A stretch of 31,327 bases of DNA from Kofleriaceae bacterium (GCA_046597055.1 JBKJLC010000211.1:1-31327), one strand, 5' to 3'; numbered from the stretch's first letter, positions 1 through 12,636 are shown. Notes: generated by a model from the letters alone, not told the origin. Made by a program: numbers and translations.

Positions 1-125
1 ACGCGACCTCGTCGTGCACGATCACCGAGGCGGTCGCGTCCATGCGGGCGCCGCCGTCGGCCTCGGGGATCGTGACGCCGATCAGGCCGAGCCCGCCGAG
101 CTCCCGCAGCAGCGCGGTGTTCAAC

Positions 126-131
<6 letters not shown>
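1..131 (-). other. Inverted fragment of the adjacent acyl-CoA dehydrogenase coding sequence
   Basis: Minus strand 130->2 reads ATLNTALLRELGGLGLIGVTIPEADGGARMDATASVIVHDEVA, the conserved ACAD N-terminal segment (LG-LG-IPE-GG-D-V-EE-A type) that normally directly precedes SDPGFTLAYLAH, which is on the plus strand at 135 onward. Confidence 0.85.
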
Positions 132-1031
<900 letters not shown>

Positions 1032-1211
1032 CCCGGGCCCGCGCGGGCTCGGCGCGCGACGCCACGACCGGCGGCCCGACGTGACGGTGCGCACGTCGAC
1101 CGGCCGCATCCATGCGCACGCGGCCCGACCTGGCACTCCCGGGCCCGAGCTGGCGGACATCGGACCAGGTGGTGGTTGTTTCGCAGCCAACCACGGGCCA
1201 CGCTTGTGGAT

Positions 1212-1625
1212 ATGAAGCGACTCACCTTGCTGCTTACCCTCTTGCTGGCCACGGCGACCACGGGCTGCGTGGTCCGCGGCAACGTCGGCGCCCGGGCGTA
1301 TGTCGAGCCCCAGGCCGAGCTGGTCTACGTCAGCCCGGGCGTGTACGTGGTCGCCGACTACGACGAGCCGGTCTTCTACTCCGACAACTACTACTGGGCG
1401 CAGCGCGACGGCTACTGGTACCGGTCCGGGTACTACAGCGGCGGCTGGGTCCGGGTGCAGTCGGCGCCCCACGTGATCGCGCAGATCGATCGGCCGCGCG
1501 GCTACGTGCGCTATCGCGGCGAGGGCCGGGCCCGCATCCGGGCCCGCGATCATCGCGGCGGCGGCCAGCATCAGGTCGCCCCGGCCCACCGCTCGCGTGG
1601 CCGCGGCCGCGACCACCGGCGCTGA
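1212..1625 (+). CDS. Hypothetical small lipoprotein, Tyr/Trp-rich core with Arg/His-rich tail
   Basis: ATG at 1212 gives MKRLTLLLTLLLATATTG-C (lipobox-like). Clean GC3-rich codon usage; YSDNYYWAQRDGYWYRSGYYSGGW core. Confidence 0.8.
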   Translation: MKRLTLLLTLLLATATTGCVVRGNVGARAYVEPQAELVYVSPGVYVVADYDEPVFYSDNYYWAQRDGYWYRSGYYSGGWVRVQSAPHVIAQIDRPRGYVRYRGEGRARIRARDHRGGGQHQVAPAHRSRGRGRDHRR

Positions 1626-1635
1626 CGCCCCGCGG

Positions 1636-4062
1636 TCAGGTCGGCTCGAAGCGCGCCCCGCCGGCCTGGTCGGGCGCGAGCACCAGGCGGCCGAGGCGCG
1701 CCGCTCCATCGGGCGCGACGTAGCGCGCCGGGCGGGTCTTGCCGCGCTCGACCAGCGCGCGCAGCTGGACCGGCGTGAGGCGCCGGCCTGCCGTCTCGAA
1801 CCAGATCACGAAGCCGCACCCCTCGCGCCAGCGCGCGCAGCCCCAGCCGCGGGCGCCCGTGATCAGCGGGCCCTGCCGGCAGCGCGGGCACGTCAGCGGC
1901 GCGGCGGGCGGCATCGGCGGCGGGGCCTTGCTCGCCGCCCTGCGAGGGCGCGGGGCGACCGCTGCGGCCGGGGCATCGCGATGGCGCGGCGGGGGCCGCC
2001 CGGGCGCCGCCGTCCGCACGCCGGATGACGGCTCGCGCCGGGCGGTACCGCCGCCCGACCCGCGGCCCCGGGGGCTCGCGGCTCGTCGCGGCGACGGCGC
2101 CGCCCGACCCGGCCCCGCCGGCATCGCGCCGGTCGGCGCGGCGCCGCCGCGGATCGCGTCGACGAGCTCCGTGACGTACCGGGCGATGTCGGCCATGAAC
2201 GTCTCGCGGGTCTCCAGCCCGCGCGCGATCCGGGCCAGCCGGGCCTCCCAGGCGCCGGTCAGCTCGGGCGACGTCAGCGACGCCACCGGGATCGCGGCGA
2301 TCAGGCCCAGCCCCATCGGGGTCGGCGTGAGGTGTGGCTTGGTCCGCACCACGTAGCCGCGCCGGAGCAACGTCTCGATGATCGCCGCGCGGGTCGCCGG
2401 CGTGCCCAGGCCGGTCTCCTTCATCGCCTCGCGCAGCGCCTCGTCGTCGATCCGCTTGCCCGCGGTCTCCATCGCGCCGAGCAGGGTGGCCTCGGTGTAG
2501 CGCGGCGGCGGCGTGGTCTCGCGCGCGGTGGCGACGAACCCGGCCGCGAGCCGCTGGCCCTCCTGTAGCGGCGGCAGGGTGGTCGTGGCCTCGCGCTCGT
2601 CGTCGTCGGTCCCGGCCGGCGCGCCTCGCGCCGTGCCCTCGGCGGCGATGCCGGCGACCTCTTGCCAGCCCGCGACCAGCCGGGTCCGCCCGCGCGCGAG
2701 GTAGCGATCGGGCGGCGGCGGCAGGACGTCGACGACCGCCTCGCGATCGGCCGGCGCGAACCGCGGCGGCCGACCGGCGGCGGCGCCGACCCGCAGCCAG
2801 GCCTCGGTCACCGCCAGCTCGGCGTCGGGGAAGAACCCGGCGAGGAACCGCCGCGCGATCAGATCGAACAGCCGCGCGGGGTCGCGATCGAGCCCGCCGA
2901 GCCGCACCGGGTTGCCGGTGGGGATGATCGCGTGGTGGTCGCGCACCTTGGCGTCGTCGACGATCCGGCGGCCGGGCCGGGGCGGCGTGTCGAGCAGCAC
3001 CCGCGCGAACGGCTGGTACGCGGGCACCTCGGCGAGCGCGGCCAGCGGCGCGCGCAGCGCCGCGGCGACGTCGCGGGTCAGGTGCCGCGAGTCGGTGCGC
3101 GGATAGGTGATGAGCTTGTGGCGCTCGTACAACGCCTGGGCCACCTCGAGCGTGTGCGCGGCCGCCCACCCGAACCGCCGGTTGGCGGTGCGCTGGAGCG
3201 AGGTCAGATCGAACAGCTGCGGCGGCGGCTCGCGCACGATCCGCTGCTCGACCCGCTCGACCACGGCCTCGCCCACGGCGGTGTCGCGCGCGACCAGCGC
3301 GTCGGCGGCGGCCGCGGTCGCCAGTCGGGCTGCGACGCCGTGCCGCCAGGGGGCCGCAAACCGGGCGCCGTCAGCGGTGCGCAGCTCAGCGGTGACCACC
3401 CAGTATGGCCGCGCCGCGAACGCGGTGATCTCGTGCTCGCGCGCCACCAGCATCGCCAGGGTCGGCGTCTGGACTCGCCCGACCGAGTACAGCGCGTCGT
3501 GGCCGTCGTCGCGGCCGCGGACGGTGATCGCGCGGGTCGCGTTCATCCCGACCAGCCAGTCGGCCTCCGAGCGTGACCGGGCCGCGTCGGCGAGGAGCTC
3601 GTAGGCGGCGCCGGGCCGCAGCGCCGCGAAGCCGCGCCCGATCGCCTCGTCGGTGAGCGACGAGATCCACAGCCGGCGGATCGGCAGCCGGCTGGCGGCG
3701 TGCTGGTAGACGTAGCGGAAGATCAGCTCGCCCTCGCGCCCGGCATCACACGCGTTGACGACCGCGCTGAAGCGCCGCTCGCGCAGCAGCCGCGTGACCC
3801 CGCGCAGCTGACCGAGCGCGTGGCGAGAGCCGCGCAGGCGAAACTGATCGGGGATCATCGGCAGCCGATCGAGCCGCCACGGCTTCCAGGCCGCATCGTA
3901 CGCGGCCGGCTCCTCGAGCTCGACCAGGTGACCGATGCACCAGGTGATGACGTGGTGCTCGCCCTCGAACGCGGGCACGCCCCGCCCGCCGGTCGCGCGC
4001 ACGCCGAGCACGCGCGCGAGATCGCGCGCCACCGACGGCTTCTCGGCGATGACCAGCTGCAC
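1636..4062 (-). CDS. topB: DNA topoisomerase III (type IA)
   Basis: GTG at 4062 gives VQLVIAEKPSVARDLA (TOPRIM), ITWCIGHL, NACDAGREGELIF, SVGRVQTPTL, catalytic LITYPRTDS, GLGTPATRAAIIE and a C-terminal CPRC...GC..W..GC Zn-ribbon-like segment. The ORF-track extension to 4881 is treated as spurious. Confidence 0.93.
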   Translation of the reverse strand: MQLVIAEKPSVARDLARVLGVRATGGRGVPAFEGEHHVITWCIGHLVELEEPAAYDAAWKPWRLDRLPMIPDQFRLRGSRHALGQLRGVTRLLRERRFSAVVNACDAGREGELIFRYVYQHAASRLPIRRLWISSLTDEAIGRGFAALRPGAAYELLADAARSRSEADWLVGMNATRAITVRGRDDGHDALYSVGRVQTPTLAMLVAREHEITAFAARPYWVVTAELRTADGARFAAPWRHGVAARLATAAAADALVARDTAVGEAVVERVEQRIVREPPPQLFDLTSLQRTANRRFGWAAAHTLEVAQALYERHKLITYPRTDSRHLTRDVAAALRAPLAALAEVPAYQPFARVLLDTPPRPGRRIVDDAKVRDHHAIIPTGNPVRLGGLDRDPARLFDLIARRFLAGFFPDAELAVTEAWLRVGAAAGRPPRFAPADREAVVDVLPPPPDRYLARGRTRLVAGWQEVAGIAAEGTARGAPAGTDDDEREATTTLPPLQEGQRLAAGFVATARETTPPPRYTEATLLGAMETAGKRIDDEALREAMKETGLGTPATRAAIIETLLRRGYVVRTKPHLTPTPMGLGLIAAIPVASLTSPELTGAWEARLARIARGLETRETFMADIARYVTELVDAIRGGAAPTGAMPAGPGRAAPSPRRAASPRGRGSGGGTARREPSSGVRTAAPGRPPPRHRDAPAAAVAPRPRRAASKAPPPMPPAAPLTCPRCRQGPLITGARGWGCARWREGCGFVIWFETAGRRLTPVQLRALVERGKTRPARYVAPDGAARLGRLVLAPDQAGGARFEPT

Positions 4063-4146
4063 CGCGGGACTGTAGACGGCAGGGGTGTCACCGGCGCCCG
4101 CGATCAACGTGCGCAGATCGCCCGGCTGCGGGGTCAGGTCCGGGCG

Positions 4147-4680
4147 ATGAACATCCTGACCCGCGCCGCCCTGCTCCCCCGTGACTCCGGCTCGAGCCTC
4201 GACACCCGCTTTGCGCGCGCTCAGCGGCTGCCGGCGTACCAGGACGCGATGGTCGCCAGCCCCGACGCGCCGTCCGGCATCGTCGAGCTGCTGGCGCCGA
4301 TCGCCATGGGCGTCTTCGGCGTCTACTTCTTTCGTGAGTTTCGCGCCCATGCGTCCGGCGACCTGGCGAGGTTCGGGCTGCTCGTGATCGTCGCGTGGTC
4401 CGGCGCCTTGGCCTGGCTCCTGACAAGCGCGATCCGGTACCAGGCCGCGCCGCTCGAGCGGATCGTCGTGGTCGTTATCGACGAGCGCACCGCCATCTCG
4501 GGCGGCCGCGACCGCCAGCCGATCCGCACCCGGTACCACGTGACCCTGCAGCGCGACGACGGCCAGCGCTTCGAGCGGGTGTGCCCCGCACACCTGAGCC
4601 GGCTGATCGTGCCCGGCGATCTCGGGGTCGCGTACGTGAAGCATGATCGCCTGGTCGACTTCGCCCGGCTCGAGGCCTGA
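4147..4680 (+). CDS. Membrane protein with two hydrophobic segments and a DUF2500-like C-terminal domain
   Basis: Hydrophobic stretches LLAPIAMGVFGVYFF and FGLLVIVAWSGALAWLL, then VVVIDERT...TRYHVTLQRDDGQRFE...PGDLGVAYVK, which resembles DUF2500. Start is uncertain. Confidence 0.65.
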   Translation: MNILTRAALLPRDSGSSLDTRFARAQRLPAYQDAMVASPDAPSGIVELLAPIAMGVFGVYFFREFRAHASGDLARFGLLVIVAWSGALAWLLTSAIRYQAAPLERIVVVVIDERTAISGGRDRQPIRTRYHVTLQRDDGQRFERVCPAHLSRLIVPGDLGVAYVKHDRLVDFARLEA

Positions 4681-4842
4681 GCCGCGCCCACGGCGCGGCA
4701 GCCTGCGCCGGAACGCCGTGGTCCGTGTGCGTCGTTGCTTCGGTGCGTCGGGTGTCAACCGACCGCTACAGCGCCGGACCGATCGTGCCGGGTTCGACCG
4801 GCGGATGCCACCCGCTCCGGCATCCTGCACGCGATCAGGCCC

Positions 4843-4858
4843 TGGCGCGACGTTCGCA
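4843..4858 (+). promoter_or_regulatory. Possible sigma54 (-24/-12) promoter
   Basis: TGGCGCG-ACGT-TCGCA has GG-N10-GC spacing and two mismatches to TGGCACG-N4-TTGCW. It ends 14 bp before the ATG at 4873. An inverted repeat GGATGCC...GGCATCC lies at 4803-4825. Confidence 0.45.
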
Positions 4859-4872
4859 GTGGTGGGTCGCCT

Positions 4873-6624
4873 ATGCGTCATCTACCTCGCCTGTTTGCGG
4901 CCCTGTCCTGCTCGTTGCTGATCGCGGTGACCGGGTGCACCGATCCGGACCCCACCGACCCGGTCGAGCCGATCGAGCCCGCGCCGGGCGCAACCCAGGT
5001 CCGCCAGGAGCCCGAGCCCGCGGGGTTCAACTGTCCGCGCGGCGGCACCGCGATCCACACCGGCACCGACGACAACCGCGACGGTGTCCTGCAGGACGGC
5101 GAGATCGACGCGACCTCGTACGTGTGCACCGGCGTCGAGCAGGACGACGTCTGGGAGGGCGACTTCACCGCGCAGCACTGGGCCGATGCCGACCAGGTCG
5201 CCGAGCTCCGCCGCGCCACCGTGGTCACCGGCTCGCTCACCCTCATCGCCAGTGGCGACCCCAGCCTGCCGGCGTTGACGACCGTGCTCGGCAACCTGAT
5301 CTACGCGCCCACGACGGACCCGCAAGGTGCCCTCACCGTGCCGGCGCTGGCGCGCATCGGCGGGAACCTCGTCGTGAATTCCGACGCGCGCGGTGCCCTG
5401 GCGATGCCGGCCCTGCGCACCATCGACGGCCACCTCGAGCTCGGCGGTAGGCTGACGTCGCTCGCGTTGCCCCAGCTGGTGGCGGTCGGGGGGCGCTTGC
5501 TCGTCGGGGACCAGCGCTTGATCACGCTGACGCTGCCGGTGCTGGCCACGGTCGGTGGCGAGGTCGAGGTCAGCGCCTTCGGGCTCCCGCTCACCAGCCT
5601 CGACCTGCCGGCGCTGCGGACGATCGGCGGCCGGCTGCGCCTCGACTTTGCGCGCAAGCTGCGGACCGCCTCGCTGCCCGCCCTGGAGACCGTTGGCGGC
5701 AGCGTCTCGATCCAGCTCGCGGTCGAGCTCGAGGCGGTCGCGCTGGACAAGCTGACCCAGATCGACGGCCAGCTCAGCATCAGCGGGACGCCGAAGCTGG
5801 TGACGCTGGCGCTACCGCGGCTCGCGGTGATCAACGGTACGCCCGGCGTCGGGAGCCGCGGCGGGGTGACCGTCATGCGGACCGGCCTCCGCGAGCTCGA
5901 GCTGCCGGCGCTGACGACCCTCGGGGGCAACCTCGTCGTCCAGAACGGCGCGGTGCTGCGCGCGATCCGCGTCCCGCTGCTGGCGGCCGGGGCGACGGTG
6001 ACGCTCCGCGACAACCCCGTGCTCGATACGTTCGACGCCCCCGCGATGCGCTCGCTACACGAGCTGCGCGCGACCGGCCTGCCGGCGCTGCGGCAGCTCG
6101 GCCTGGCGCAGCTCGCCACGGTGCCCGGCACGCTCGAGCTGCAGGCGGTGGCCGTCGTCGACCTGTCCGGGATGGCCAACCTCGACGCGGTGGGGTCGCT
6201 CGCGCTGTCTGACCTGAGCGAGCTGCGCGATCTCCGCGGAGCCCAGCGGCTCACCCGCCTGGCGAGCCTGAAGGTCAGCAACTGTGGCGCGCTCACCTCG
6301 ATCGCCGGCCTGGACGGGCTGACCACGATCACCGGCCGGCTCACCATCCAGGGCAACCGCGCGCTGATCTCGCTGGCCGGGCTGGAGCAGCTGACGTCGG
6401 TGGGAGAAAACGTCGAGATCGCCCGCAACGACGCGCTGGTCGAGCTCGCCGGGGTGTCCGGCCTCCAGACGATCGGCGGCGGCCTGGCGCTCGATGGCTT
6501 CGGCCTGACCAGCCTCGCCGGCCTCGACGCGCTGCGCACGATCGGCGGCGCGCTCGACCTCACCGAGGTGCCGCGGGTCCCGGCGGCCGAGGTCGCGGCG
6601 TTCCGCGCCCGCTTCGCGCGATGA
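4873..6624 (+). CDS. Lipoprotein with N-terminal Cys/Asp module and a long Leu-rich (receptor L-domain-like) solenoid
   Basis: MRHLPRLFAALSCSLLIAVTG-C lipobox; EPAGFNCPRGG...GTDDNRDGVLQDGEIDATSYVC module; many repeats of LxLPxLxxVGGxLxI followed by LxGLxxLTxIxGxLxIxxN. Confidence 0.85.
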   Translation: MRHLPRLFAALSCSLLIAVTGCTDPDPTDPVEPIEPAPGATQVRQEPEPAGFNCPRGGTAIHTGTDDNRDGVLQDGEIDATSYVCTGVEQDDVWEGDFTAQHWADADQVAELRRATVVTGSLTLIASGDPSLPALTTVLGNLIYAPTTDPQGALTVPALARIGGNLVVNSDARGALAMPALRTIDGHLELGGRLTSLALPQLVAVGGRLLVGDQRLITLTLPVLATVGGEVEVSAFGLPLTSLDLPALRTIGGRLRLDFARKLRTASLPALETVGGSVSIQLAVELEAVALDKLTQIDGQLSISGTPKLVTLALPRLAVINGTPGVGSRGGVTVMRTGLRELELPALTTLGGNLVVQNGAVLRAIRVPLLAAGATVTLRDNPVLDTFDAPAMRSLHELRATGLPALRQLGLAQLATVPGTLELQAVAVVDLSGMANLDAVGSLALSDLSELRDLRGAQRLTRLASLKVSNCGALTSIAGLDGLTTITGRLTIQGNRALISLAGLEQLTSVGENVEIARNDALVELAGVSGLQTIGGGLALDGFGLTSLAGLDALRTIGGALDLTEVPRVPAAEVAAFRARFAR

Positions 6625-6698
6625 CGGACGCGGACGGGGTCACAAGGCCGAGGTCGTCGCCGGCACGGTGGGCGCCGGCGTCGTGCGGCCGCGCGCGG

Positions 6699-7306
6699 TC
6701 AGCAGCCGAGGCCGGCCGCGGCCTGGCCGATCGCCTCGGCGCCCTGGCGGCAACCGAGGACGGCGCTGTCGCGCGCGGTCTTGTAGGTGTCGCCCTCCAG
6801 GTCCTCGATCGAGGCCCAGCCGTCCCCGCTCGCTGCGCGCGCCTGGATCAGGCTATCGCGCACGGGCTGGGGCGTCTGCGGGCAGGCGATCAGCGCGTCG
6901 ATCGCCGCCAGGTACCGGTCGCACTCGGGCATCCCGGTGCTGGCGTCGCCGCCGCCGCGCGTGCGCAGGACCGCGGTCGCGCGCTCGATCATCTCGGTCT
7001 GCACCGTGCGGGCATGGTCGCGCTGAGGGTCGGTGAGCCGGCGCGCGCAGGCCCGCGCCTCGGTCGGCGAGGTGGCATCCGTGAAGCAACGCCGCGACGG
7101 CTCGGTCCAGCCATCGGCGGCACAGACCGCCGCCAGCTCGGGGGTTGGATCGATGTCGGCCTCGACCAGGGTGGGCCGGGCCAGCAACAGATTTCGGGTC
7201 GCGCCGCCGGCGGCATCCGCGCACGACGGCGGACCCGCGGCACGCTGCCGACCGCCACACCCCGGCGTGGCCAGCGCGAACGCCGCGGCCATGGCCATGG
7301 CCCGCA

Positions 7307-7307
<1 letters not shown>
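6699..7307 (-). CDS. Hypothetical Cys-containing helical lipoprotein
   Basis: MRAMAMAAAFALATPG-C; CAADGW...RRCF...ARAC and TGMPECDRY...C...C...GC-stop. The start overlaps the upstream peptidase stop (TGATG on the minus strand). Confidence 0.75.
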
Positions 7308-9325
<2,018 letters not shown>

Positions 9326-9413
9326 CGGCAGCGTCTTAGCATGACGGTGCGGCATGATCACCCGGGCCACCATCTGGCTTGACCGGCACGGGAGGCCGTC
9401 CCAGGATGCGCCG

Positions 9414-10004
9414 GTGCCGGCCCAGCCCCTCGTCGATCGGCTCCCGCTCTCGCCCAGCGCGCCGGCGTGGCTCGCGGCCGCGCTGGCCGATCTCGACGCC
9501 GTCATCCGCGATCACCTGCACTGCGAGCGCAAGGCCGCGCAGTCGGCGCTGTCGCTGGTGCGCAGCTACCCCGATCGCGCCGACCTGGTGCTGGCGGTGG
9601 CGCGGCTCGCCCACGAGGAGACCGCGCACGTCGTGCAGGTCACCCAGCTGCTCGCCCGCCGCGGGCTGGCGCCGTCGCACGATTTCGGCGACGAGTACGC
9701 CGCCGAGCTGCGCGCCCTGGTCCGCAAGGGTGAGCCGGCGCGGCTGCTCGACCGCCTGCTGGTGTTCGCGCTGATCGAGGCGCGCTCGGCGGAGCGGCTC
9801 GCGATCCTCGCCGACCACCTGCCCGATCCGGCGACCGCGCAGCTGTACGGCTCGCTGGCGGCGGCCGAGGTGCGGCATCGCGACACCTTCCTCGAGCTGG
9901 CCGCCGACGCCGCCCCGACCGAGTGGCGCGATCGCCTGACCGTGCTGGCCGAGGCCGAGGCCGCGATCATCGCGACCCTGCCGGCCCGGGCCCGCATCCA
10001 TTAG
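9414..10004 (+). CDS. miaE: tRNA-(ms2io6A) hydroxylase MiaE family, ferritin-like diiron protein
   Basis: DHLHCERKAAQSALSL, LAHEETAH, LLDRLLVFALIEARSAERL, AEVRH and C-terminal RIH. Start is uncertain (GTG 9414 or ATG 9354). Confidence 0.85.
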   Translation: MPAQPLVDRLPLSPSAPAWLAAALADLDAVIRDHLHCERKAAQSALSLVRSYPDRADLVLAVARLAHEETAHVVQVTQLLARRGLAPSHDFGDEYAAELRALVRKGEPARLLDRLLVFALIEARSAERLAILADHLPDPATAQLYGSLAAAEVRHRDTFLELAADAAPTEWRDRLTVLAEAEAAIIATLPARARIH

Positions 10005-10950
10005 GCGGAGGCCGCAACGGGGCCCGCGGTGCCCCCATCAGCTCCTCCACCACGAACTGCCAGAGCGCGGCGACCCGCGGCACCCGGCGCAGCGCGACGT
10101 GGCCGACCAGCCACAGCTCGCCGACCGGTAGCTCGGTCCACGCGGCGCTGAGCGCACGGCCGGCGCGCGCCGCGACCAGCCCGAAGCGCGGCAGGTAGGG
10201 CTCGGGCGCGAGCACCAGGCCGAGGCCACCGGCGGCGGCGGCGAGCTGGGCCGAGAACGAGCTGGTGCGCAGGACCGGCGCGGTGCCGACGTGGCGCTCG
10301 AGCCAGCGCGCCTCGGGGATCGCGGCGAGATCGTGGCCCCATGCGATCCAGCGTGCGGCCTCGATCTTTCGCAGCGCGCCGAGCGCGGCGACGTAGCCCG
10401 GCGCGCCGGCCGGGATCGAGCGGGTCGTGACCAGCTTCTGGGCGACCAGGTCGCCGCGCGCCGGGCGCCGCACTCGCAGCGCGAGGTCGGCCTCGCCGCG
10501 GGTGAGGTCGGCGTAGCCGACGCTGGCGTCGAGATCGATGCGCACCTTGGGGTGGCGCGCGTGGAACCGCGCCAGCGCCGGTGCCACGAACACGTCGGCG
10601 ACCCCGGGCGGCGCGGTCAGGCGGACCACGCCCTCGGCCTCGGCCTCGACCGCGTCGAGCGCGACCCCGAGCTCGCCCATCGCGCGCGCCATCTCCTCGG
10701 CGGCGGGCACCAGCCGCTCGCCCGCCGCGGTCGCGACCACGCCGGTGGTGCCGCGCTCGAACAGGGTCAGGCCCAGCTCGGCCTCGAGCCGATCGAGCCG
10801 GCGGCTGACCGTCGACACGTCGAGCCCGAGCCGGGTGGCGGTGCCGGCCAGGCGGCCGGTGCGCGCGACGTCGAGGAAGACGCGGACCAGGTCCCAGTCG
10901 AGCCGCTCGACCCGGGCCCGCGCGCCCCGGCCCGTGTTGCGTTCTTGCAA
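9967..10950 (-). CDS. LysR family transcriptional regulator
   Basis: LDWDLVRVFLDVAR...ATRLGLDVSTVSRRLDRLEAELGLTLFER HTH, GVVRLTAP, DLTRGEADLALR, RVPRVAALWQF. Start is uncertain (TTG 10950 chosen). Divergent from the epimerase gene. Confidence 0.9.
   Translation of the reverse strand: MQERNTGRGARARVERLDWDLVRVFLDVARTGRLAGTATRLGLDVSTVSRRLDRLEAELGLTLFERGTTGVVATAAGERLVPAAEEMARAMGELGVALDAVEAEAEGVVRLTAPPGVADVFVAPALARFHARHPKVRIDLDASVGYADLTRGEADLALRVRRPARGDLVAQKLVTTRSIPAGAPGYVAALGALRKIEAARWIAWGHDLAAIPEARWLERHVGTAPVLRTSSFSAQLAAAAGGLGLVLAPEPYLPRFGLVAARAGRALSAAWTELPVGELWLVGHVALRRVPRVAALWQFVVEELMGAPRAPLRPPPNGCGPGPAGSR
10937..10950. promoter_or_regulatory. Putative LysR binding site (T-N11-A within an inverted repeat)
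   Basis: TTGC-GTTCTT-GCAA at the lysR start, within the divergent lysR/epimerase promoter region. Confidence 0.5.
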
Positions 10951-11008
10951 TGCCACCTTGCGATCATCGGCATTCCGCCGCGCGCGTGCAAGGCGCAAGG
11001 TGACGGTC

Positions 11009-12007
11009 ATGAACGACGCCCCCGCCCCACCTCCGCTCCAGGTCGTCCTCGGCGCCGGCCAGATCGGCCCGCGGGTCGCCGAGCGCCTGCTCGCGCGCGG
11101 CCTGCGGGTGCGGCTGGTCCGCCGCGGTCGCTTCGCGCCCGGCGAGGCCCCGGTCGGCGCCGAGACCGCGTCGGCCGACGTCGCCGATCCGGCCGCGGCG
11201 GCAACCGTGATGGCCGGCGCCGCGGCGGTCTATCACTGCGTCAACCCGCGCTACACCGACTGGGCCGCGCAGCTGCTGCCGCTCACCCACGGCATCGTTG
11301 CCGGCGCGAGCCGGGCCGGCGCGCACCTGGTCGTGCTCGACAACCTGTACATGTACGGCCGCGCGCCCGGCGGCGTGATGCGCGAGGACACGCCGGTGGC
11401 GCCGTGCTCGAAGAAGGGGGCGCTGCGAGCGGCCGCCGCCGCGGCGATGATCGCGGCCCGCGACCGCGGCGACCTGGCGGTGACGATCGGCCGCGCCAGC
11501 GACTTCATCGGCCCCGGCGCGACCCTGGCCGCGGTGTTCGGCGACCGGTTCTGGCCGCGCGCGCTGGCCGGCAAGGCCGGCGAGGTCCTCGGCGATCCCG
11601 ACCAGCCCCACGCGTACTCGTACGTGCCCGACGTCGCCGACGGGCTGGTCACGCTCGGCACCGATCCGCGCGCCCGCAACCAGCTCTGGCACCTGCCCGC
11701 CAACCCGGCCGAGCCGACCCGCGCGCTGATCGCGCGCATCGGCGCGGCGCTGGGTGCGCCGCTGGCGGCCACCAGCGTGCCGACCTGGCTCCTGCGCGGG
11801 CTCGGCGTGGTCTCACCGATGATGCGCGAGATCGCCGAGATGACCTACCAGTGGAAGGCGCCGTTCGTGCTCGACGACACCCGCTTCCGCACGACCTTCG
11901 GCCGCGGCGCCACGCCGTGGGCGCCGGCGATCGCCGCGACGGTCGCGTGGGCCCGCGGGCACTACCCCTTGAGCGCGATGCACAGCGGGCACACCCGCAC
12001 CGCGTGA
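11009..12007 (+). CDS. NAD-dependent epimerase/dehydratase family protein (atypical SDR)
   Basis: VVLGAGQIG Rossmann motif, LDNLYMYG, PCSKKGALR, RASDFIGPG, HAYSYVPDVA, EMTYQWKAPFVLDD. Confidence 0.9.
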   Translation: MNDAPAPPPLQVVLGAGQIGPRVAERLLARGLRVRLVRRGRFAPGEAPVGAETASADVADPAAAATVMAGAAAVYHCVNPRYTDWAAQLLPLTHGIVAGASRAGAHLVVLDNLYMYGRAPGGVMREDTPVAPCSKKGALRAAAAAAMIAARDRGDLAVTIGRASDFIGPGATLAAVFGDRFWPRALAGKAGEVLGDPDQPHAYSYVPDVADGLVTLGTDPRARNQLWHLPANPAEPTRALIARIGAALGAPLAATSVPTWLLRGLGVVSPMMREIAEMTYQWKAPFVLDDTRFRTTFGRGATPWAPAIAATVAWARGHYPLSAMHSGHTRTA

Positions 12008-12636
12008 ACCACGTCGTGGCGGTGCAGGTCGAGGATCGCGCGCGAGATCTGGGCGAGCTCGCGGCGGACCTCGCGGCGCCGGCCGGCGACCCGCTCGATC
12101 TTCATCTGATCGTAGGCGGTGGTCTGGTGCCGCATCCACGCGATCACCGCGGCCTCGGCGCGCTCCGCGACCGAGATCCGCTGGGTGCGCGCGACCGTGC
12201 CGCTGCCGACCGGGGTCGCGTGATCGGCGACCCGCTTCGCCATCATGGCGCCGGCCACCTCCCAGATCGGCGAGAAGGCGAGGAACCCGCGCACCTCCTG
12301 CTCGAAGGTCTGGACGTACGCGGCCTGGGTCCGCTCGCGGCGCGCGACGTCGGCGACCCGCTTCTTGGCGTAGCCCTCGGTCGCCCGCTCGGCCTCGAGC
12401 GCGGCGCGGGCGGCGCCGATGTTCTCGCGCGGCGCCCACAGCCCCTTCGAGAACGCCTTGCGGCCGCGCTTCTCGATCACGGCCCACGATGGACCGGCCG
12501 CCTTCACGCGCCGGGTCAGGCCGGCGTCGCCGGGCGGCAGGCACGCCCAGGTCTCGGGCGGCGACATGCGGGTGCCATCGGGCGCGACGAAGACGCGGGG
12601 GTCGGCAGTTGGTGCGAGCGTGAGCGATCCGGACAT
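11962..12636 (-). CDS. DUF2293-like protein
   Basis: LPPGDAGLTRRVK, RGRKAFSKGLWAP, HATPVGSGTVART, AVIAWMRHQTTAYD, recognised as the DUF2293 signature. Confidence 0.8.
   Translation of the reverse strand: MSGSLTLAPTADPRVFVAPDGTRMSPPETWACLPPGDAGLTRRVKAAGPSWAVIEKRGRKAFSKGLWAPRENIGAARAALEAERATEGYAKKRVADVARRERTQAAYVQTFEQEVRGFLAFSPIWEVAGAMMAKRVADHATPVGSGTVARTQRISVAERAEAAVIAWMRHQTTAYDQMKIERVAGRRREVRRELAQISRAILDLHRHDVVHAVRVCPLCIALKG

Noticed and set aside
4063..4881. 273-aa N-terminal extension making topoisomerase III 1081 aa
   Set aside because: The TOPRIM motif starts at 4062, and the extension overlaps a plausible plus-strand gene (4147-4680).
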